Assembly: GCA_040954595.2 (NCBI GenBank)
Contig: CM082597.2
Location: forward strand, 2,352,349 to 2,416,348
Length of the DNA: 64,000 nucleotides
From: Balanoglossus misakiensis
Taxonomy: Eukaryota > Animalia > Hemichordata
Direction of reading: 5' to 3'
Shown here: piece after piece, positions 56,337-64,000 of the stretch
Layout: each line of letters opens with the position of its first letter
Position numbering within the stretch: position 1 is the first letter of the stretch
Program-made: the position numbers and the translations under genes
Notes under the pieces: model-generated
Told to the model about the DNA's origin: nothing
What the model saw: only the letters and a program-made list of their open reading frames with translations
Databases searched by the model: none

Positions 56337-59300
56337 CATGATTTTTTTCAAAAAAAGACAAATTTTCGACGTGCCGAATATTGATTTTTTGGGCATTTTT
56401 GAACGTTTTTCATGGGTTATACATCATGATTTTTTTCAAAAAATGACAAATTTTCGACGTGCCGAATATTGATTTTTTGGGCATTTTTGAACGTTTTTCA
56501 TGGGTTATACATCATGATTTTTTTCAAAAAAACACGAATTTTCGACTCGCCGAATTTCGAGATTTTCGGCCTTTCTGAACATTTTTCATGGGTTAACCAT
56601 CATGGTTTTTGTCGAAAAACCACGAATTTTCGAGTTGCCGAATTTCGAGATTTTCGGCCTTTCTGAACATTTTTCATGGGTTAACCATCATGGTTTTTGT
56701 CGAAAAACCACGAATTTTCGAGTTGCCGAATTTCGAGATTTTCGGCCTTTCTGAACATTTTTCATGGGTTAACCATCATGGTTTTTGTCGAAAAACCGCG
56801 AATTTTCGAGTTGCCGAATTTCCAGATTTTCGACCTTTCTGAACATTTTTCATGGGTTAACCATCATGGTTTTTGTCGAAAAACCGCGAATTTTCGAGTT
56901 GCCGAATTTCGAGATTTTCGGCCTTTCTGAACATTTTTCATGGGTTAACCATCATGGTTTTTGTCGAAAAACCGCGAATTTTCGAGTTGCCGAATTTCGA
57001 GATTTTCGGCCTTTCTGAACATTTTTCATGGGTTAACCATCATGGTTTTTGTCGAAAAACCGCGAATTTTCGAGTTGCCGAATTTCGAGATTTTCGGCCT
57101 TTCTGAACATTTTTCATGGGTTAACCATCATGGTTTTTGTCGAAAAACCGCGAATTTTCGAGTTGCCGAATTTCGAGATTTTCGGCCTTTCTGAACATTT
57201 TTCATGGGTTAACCATCATGGTTTTTGTCGAAAAACCGCGAATTTTCGAGTTGCCGAATTTCGAGATTTTCGGCCTTTCTGAACATTTTTCATGGGTTAA
57301 CCATCATGGTTTTTGTCGAAAAACCGCGAATTTTCGAGTTGCCGAATTTCGAGATTTTCGGCCTTTCTGAACATTTTTCATGGGTTAACCATCATGGTTT
57401 TTGTCGAAAAACCGCGAATTTTCGAGTTGCCGAATTTCGAGATTTTCGGCCTTTCTGAACATTTTTCATGGGTTAACCATCATGGTTTTTGTCGAAAAAC
57501 CACGAATTTTCGAGTTGCCGAATTTCGAGATTTTCGGCCTTTCTGAACATTTTTCATGGGTTAACCATCATGGTTTTTGTCGAAAAACCACGAATTTTCG
57601 AGTTGCCGAATTTCGAGATTTTCGGCCTTTCTGAACATTTTTCATGGGTTAACCATCATGGTTTTTGTCGAAAAACCACGAATTTTCGAGTTGCCGAATT
57701 TCGAGATTTTTGGCCTTTCTGAACATTTTTCATGGGTTAACCATCATGGTTTTTGTCGAAAAACCACGAATTTTCGAGTTGCCGAATTTCGAGATTTTCG
57801 GCCTTTCTGAACATTTTTCATGGGTTAACCATCATGGTTTTTGTCGAAAAACCGCGAATTTTCGAGTTGCCGAATTTCGAGATTTTCGGCCTTTCTGTAC
57901 ATTTTTCATGGGTTAACCATCATGGTTTTTGTCGAAAAACCGCGAATTTTCGAGTTGCCGAATTTCGAGATTTTCGGCCTTTCTGAATATTTTTCATGGG
58001 TTAACCATCATGGTTTTTGTCGAAAAACCGCGAATTTTCGAGTTGCCGAATTTCGAGATTTTCGGCCTTTCTGAACATTTTTCATGGGTTAACCATCATG
58101 GTTTTTGTCGAAAAACCACGAATTTTCGAGTTGCCGAATTTCGAGATTTTCGGCCTTTCTGAACATTTTTCATGGGTTAACCATCATGGTTTTTGTCGAA
58201 AAACCACGAATTTTCGAGTTGCCGAATTTCGAGATTTTCGGCCTTTCTGAACATTTTTCATGGGTTAACCATCATGGTTTTTGTCGAAAAACCACGAATT
58301 TTCGAGTTGCCGAATTTCGAGATTTTCGGCCTTTCTGAACATTTTTCATGGGTTAACCATCATGGTTTTTGTCGAAAAACCACGAATTTTCGAGTTGCCG
58401 AATTTCGAGATTTTCGGCCTTTCTGAACATTTTTCATGGGTTAACCATCATGGTTTTTGTCGAAAAACCACGAATTTTCGAGTTGCCGAATTTCGAGATT
58501 TTCGGCCTTTCTGAACATTTTTCATGGGTTAACCATCATGGTTTTTGTCGAAAAACCACGAATTTTCGAGTTGCCGAATTTCGAGATTTTCGGCCTTTCT
58601 GAACATTTTTCATGGGTTAACCATCATGGTTTTTGTCGAAAAACCACGAATTTTCGAGTTGCCGAATTTCGAGATTTTCGGCCTTTCTGAACATTTTTCA
58701 TGGGTTAACCATCATGGTTTTTGTCGAAAAACCACGAATTTTCGAGTTGCCGAATTTCGAGATTTTCGGCCTTTCTGAACATTTTTCATGGGTTAACCAT
58801 CATGGTTTTTGTCGAAAAACCACGAATTTTCGAGTTGCCGAATTTCGAGATTTTCGGCCTTTCTGAACATTTTTCATGGGTTAACCATCATGGTTTTTGT
58901 CGAAAAACCACGAATTTTCGAGTTGCCGAATTTCGAGATTTTCGGCCTTTCTGAACATTTTTCATGGGTTAACCATCATGGTTTTTGTCGAAAAACCACG
59001 ACTTTTCGAGTTGCCGAATTTCGAGATTTTCGGCCTTTCTGAACATTTTTCATGGGTTAACCATCATGGTTTTTGTCGAAAAACCACGACTTTTCGAGTT
59101 GCCGAATTTCGAGATTTTCGGCCTTTCTGAACATTTTTCATGGGTTAACCATCATGGTTTTTGTCGAAAAACCACGAATTTTCGAGTTGCCGAATTTCGA
59201 GATTTTCGGCCTTTCTGAACATTTTTCATGGGTTAACCATCATGGTTTTTGTCGAAAAACCGCGAATTTTCGAGTTGCCGAATTTCGAGATTTTCGGCCT

Positions 59301-62300
59301 TTCTGAACATTTTTCATGGGTTAACCATCATGGTTTTTGTCGAAAAACCGCGAATTTTCGAGTTGCCGAATTTCGAGATTTTCGGCCTTTCTGAACATTT
59401 TTCATGGGTTAACCATCATGGTTTTTGTCGAAAAACCGCGAATTTTCGAGTTGCCGAATTTCGAGATTTTCGGCCTTTCTGAACATTTTTCATGGGTTAA
59501 CCATCATGGTTTTTGTCGAAAAACCGCGAATTTTCGAGTTGCCGAATTTCGAGATTTTCGGCCTTTCTGAACATTTTTCATGGGTTAACCATCATGGTTT
59601 TTGTCGAAAAACCACGAATTTTCGAGTTGCCGAATTTCGAGATTTTCGGCCTTTCTGAACATTTTTCATGGGTTAACCATCATGGTTTTTGTCGAAAAAC
59701 CGCGAATTTTCGAGTTGCCGAATTTCGAGATTTTCGGCCTTTCTGAACATTTTTCATGAGTTAACCATCATGGTTTTTGTCGAAAAACCACGAATTTTCG
59801 AGTTGCCGAATTTCGAGATTTTCGGCCTTTCTGAACATTTTTCATGGGTTAACCATCATGGTTTTTGTCGAAAAACCACGAATTTTCGAGTTGCCGAATT
59901 TCGAGATTTTCGGCCTTTCTGAACATTTTTCATGGGTTAACCATCATGGTTTTGTCGAAAAACCACGAATTTTCGAGTTGCCGAATTTCGAGATTTTCGG
60001 CCTTTCTGAACATTTTTCATGGGTTAACCATCATGGTTTTTGTCGAAAAACCACGAATTTTCGAGTTGCCGAATTTCGAGATTTTCGGCCTTTCTGAACA
60101 TTTTTCATGGGTTAACCATCATGGTTTTTGTCGAAAAACCACGAATTTTCGAGTTGCCGAATTTCGAGATTTTCGGCCTTTCTGAACATTTTTCATGGGT
60201 TAACCATCATGGTTTTTGTCGAAAAACCACGAATTTTCGAGTTGCCGAATTTCGAGATTTTCGGCCTTTCTGAACATTTTTCATGGGTTAACCATCATGG
60301 TTTTTGTCGAAAAACCACGACTTTTCGAGTTGCCGAATTTCGAGATTTTCGGCCTTTCTGAACATTTTTCATGGGTTAACCATCATGGTTTTTGTCGAAA
60401 AACCACGAATTTTCGAGTTGCCGAATTTCGAGATTTTCGGCCTTTCTGAACATTTTTCATGGGTTAACCATCATGGTTTTTGTCGAAAAACCGCGAATTT
60501 TTCGAGTTGCCGAATTTCGAGATTTTCGGCCTTTCTGAACATTTTTCATGGGTTAACCGTCATGGTTTTTGTCGAAAAACCGCGAATTTTCGAGTTGCCG
60601 AATTTCGAGATTTTCGGCCTTTCTGAACATTTTTCATGGGTTAACCATCATGGTTTTGTCGAAAAACCGCGAATTTTCGAGTTGCCGAATTTCGAGATTT
60701 TCGGCCTTTCTGAACATTTTTCATGGGTTAACCATCATGGTTTTTGTCGAAAAACCGCGAATTTCGAGTTGCCGAATTTCGAGATTTTCGGCCTTTCTGA
60801 ACATTTTTCATGGGTTAACCATCATGGTTTTTGTCGAAAAACCACGAATTTTCGAGTTGCCGAATTTCGAGATTTTCGGCCTTTCTGAACATTTTTCATG
60901 GGTTAACCATCATGGTTTTTGTCGAAAAACCGCGAATTTTCGAGTTGCCGAATTTCGAGATTTTCGGCCTTTCTGAACATTTTTCATGGGTTAACCATCA
61001 TGGTTTTTGTCGAAAAACCACGAATTTTCGAGTTGCCGAATTTCGAGATTTTCGGCCTTTCTGAACATTTTTCATGGGTTAACCATCATGGTTTTTGTCG
61101 AAAAACCACGAATTTTCGAGTTGCCGAATTTCGAGATTTTCGGCCTTTCTGAACATTTTTCATGGGTTAACCATCATGGTTTTTGTCGAAAAACCGCGAA
61201 TTTTCGAGTTGCCGAATTTCGAGATTTTCGGCCTTTCTGAACATTTTTCATGGGTTAACCATCATGGTTTTTGTCGAAAAACCGCGAATTTTCGAGTTGC
61301 CGAATTTCGAGATTTTCGGCCTTTCTGAACATTTTTCATGGGTTAACCATCATGGTTTTTGTCGAAAAACCACGAATTTTCGAGTTGCCGAATTCGAGAT
61401 TTTCGGCCTTTCTGAACATTTTCATCATGGTTTTTGTCAAAAAACCGCGAATTTTCGAGTTGCCGAATTTCGAGATTTTCGGCCTTTCTGAACATTTTTC
61501 ATGGGTTAACCATCATGGTTTTTGTCGAAAAACCGCGAATTTTCGAGTTGCCGAATTTCGAGATTTTCGGCCTTTCTGAACATTTTTCATGGGTTAACCA
61601 TCATGGTGTTTGTCGAAAAACCACGAATTTTCGAGTTGCCGAATTTCGAGATTTTCGGCCTTTCTGAACATTTTTCATGGGTTAACCATCATGGTTTTTG
61701 TCGAAAAACCGCGAATTTTCGAGTTGCCGAATTTCGAGATTTTCGGCCTTTCTGAACATTTTTCATGGGTTAACCATCATGGTTTTTGTCGAAAAACCGC
61801 GAATTTTCGAGTTGCCGAATTTCGAGATTTTCGGCCTTTCTGAACATTTTTCATGGGTTAACCATCATGGTTTTTGTCGAAAAACCGCGAATTTTCGAGT
61901 TGCCGAATTTCGAGATTTTCGGCCTTTCTGAACATTTTTCATGGGTTAACCATCATGGTTTTTGTCGAAAAACCGCGAATTTTCGAGTTGCCGAATTTCG
62001 AGATTTTCGGCCTTTCTGCACATTTTTCATGGGTTAACCATCATGGTTTTTGTCGAAAAACCACGAATTTTCGAGTTGCCGAATTTCGAGATTTTCGGCC
62101 TTTCTGAACATTTTTCATGGGTTAACCATCATGGTTTTTGTCGAAAAACCACGAATTTTCGAGTTGCCGAATTTCGAGATTTTCGGCCTTTCTGAACATT
62201 TTTCATGGGTTAACCATCATGGTTTTTGTCGAAAAACCACGAATTTTCGAGTTGCCGAATTTCGAGATTTTCGGCCTTTCTGAACATTTTTCATGGGTTA

Positions 62301-64000
62301 ACCATCATGGTTTTTGTCGAAAAACCACGAATTTTCGAGTTGCCGAATTTCGACATTTTCGGCCTTTCTGAACATTTTTCATGGGTTAACCATCATGGTT
62401 TTTGTCGAAAAACCGCGAATTTTCGAGTTGCCGAATTTCGAGATTTTCGGCCTTTCTGAACATTTTTCATGGGTTAACCATCATGGTTTTTGTCGAAAAA
62501 CCGCGAATTTTCGAGTTGCCGAATTTCGAGATTTTCGGCCTTTCTGAACATTTTCATGGGTTAACCATCATGGTTTTTGTCGAAAAACCGCGAATTTTCG
62601 AGTTGCCGAATTTCGAGATTTTCGGCCTTTCTGAACATTTTTCATGGGTTAACCATCATGGTTTTTGTCGAAAAACCGCGAATTTTCGAGTTGCCGAATT
62701 TCGAGATTTTCGGCCTTTCTGAACATTTTTCATGGGTTAACCATCATGGTTTTTGTCGAAAAACCGCGAATTTTCGAGTTGCCGAATTTCGAGATTTTCG
62801 GCCTTTCTGAACATTTTTCATGGGTTAACCATCATGGTTTTTGTCGAAAAACCACGAATTTTCGAGTTGCCGAATTTCGAGATTTTCGGCCTTTCTGAAC
62901 ATTTTTCATGGGTTAACCATCATGGTTTTTGTCGAAAAAACCGCGAATTTTCGAGTTGCCGAATTTCGAGATTTTCGGCCTTTCTGAACATTTTTCATGG
63001 GTTAACCATCATGGTTTTTGTCGAAAAACCGCGAATTTTCGAGTTGCCGAATTTCGAGATTTTCGGCCTTTCTGAACATTTTTCATGGGTTAACCATCAT
63101 GGTTTTTGTCGAAAAACCACGAATTTTCGAGTTGCCGAATTTCGAGATTTTCGGCCTTTCTGAACATTTTTCATGGGTTAACCATCATGGTTTTTGTCGA
63201 AAAACCACGAATTTTCGAGTTGCCGAATTTCGAGATTTTCGGCCTTTCTGAACATTTTTCATGGGTTAACCATCATGGTTTTTGTCGAAAAACCGCGAAT
63301 TTTCGAGTTGCCGAATTTCGAGATTTTCGGCCTTTCTGAACATTTTTCATGGGTTAACCATCATGGTTTTTGTCGAAAAACCGCGAATTTTCGAGTTGCC
63401 GAATTTCGAGATTTTCGGCCTTTCTGAACATTTTTCATGTGTTAACCATCATGGTTTTTGTCGAAAAACCACGAATTTTCGAGTTGCCGAATTTCGAGAT
63501 TTTCGGCCTTTCTGAACATTTTTCATGGGTTAACCATCATGATTTTTGTCGAAAAACCGCGAATTTTCGAGTTGCCGAATTTCGAGATTTTCGGCCTTTC
63601 TGAACATTTTTCATGGGTTAACCATCATGGTTTTTGTCGAAAAACCGCGAATTTTCGAGTTGCCGAATTTCGAGATTTTCGGCCTTTCTGAACATTTTTC
63701 ATGGGTTAACCATCATGGTTTTTGTCGAAAAACCGCGAATTTTCGAGTTGCCGAATTTCGAGATTTTCGGCCTTTCTGAACATTTTTCATGGGTTAACCA
63801 TCATGGTTTTTGTCGAAAAACCGCGAATTTTCGAGTTGCCGAATTTCGAGATTTTCGGCCTTTCTGAACATTTTTCATGGGTTAACCATCATGGTTTTTG
63901 TCGAAAAACCGCGAATTTTCGAGTTGCCGAATTTCGAGATTTTCGGCCTTTCTGAACATTTTTCATGGGTTAACCATCATGGTTTTTGTCGAAAAACCGC
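56337..64000. repeat. 88-bp tandem satellite array (~87 units, runs off the window end)
   Basis: Unit CATGGTTTTTGTCGAAAAACC(A/G)CGAATTTTCGAGTTGCCGAATTTCGAGATTTTCGGCCTTTCTGAACATTTTTCATGGGTTAACCAT. The first units are diverged but in register (starts at 56337, 56425, 56513, 56601). Confidence 0.98.

Noticed and set aside
56469-63955. Dozens of 77-aa ORFs and a superficially CRISPR-like periodic array
   Set aside because: The ORFs are translations of the 88-bp satellite. There are no unique spacers or cas genes, and the context is eukaryotic.

Overview
Eukaryotic, intron-rich, AT-rich animal DNA. The gene content and conserved intron positions suggest an invertebrate deuterostome such as a hemichordate (inference). 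On the + strand are the 3' part of coatomer alpha (COPA) and a 10-exon calsequestrin. Its last exon carries a ~1,030-aa tail of DxDGDGIP(D/N) acidic repeats ending in HDEL, which is the most striking feature of the window. On the - strand are an NHL-only protein, an intronless RING/B-box/coiled-coil/filamin/NHL TRIM gene, a 3-exon 73-aa secreted Cys peptide that the ORF track does not assemble, and two tandem intronless B4GALNT1/2-like glycosyltransferases. These are followed, also on the - strand, by an ADAMTS protease with an atypical zinc motif and two C-terminal PAN/apple domains, and a cytosolic sulfotransferase. The last ~7.7 kb is a homogeneous 88-bp satellite with diverged edge units. 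Several TTAA-flanked and other hairpin elements (MITE-like) and microsatellites are present. Exon boundaries were read by eye and no database search was run.
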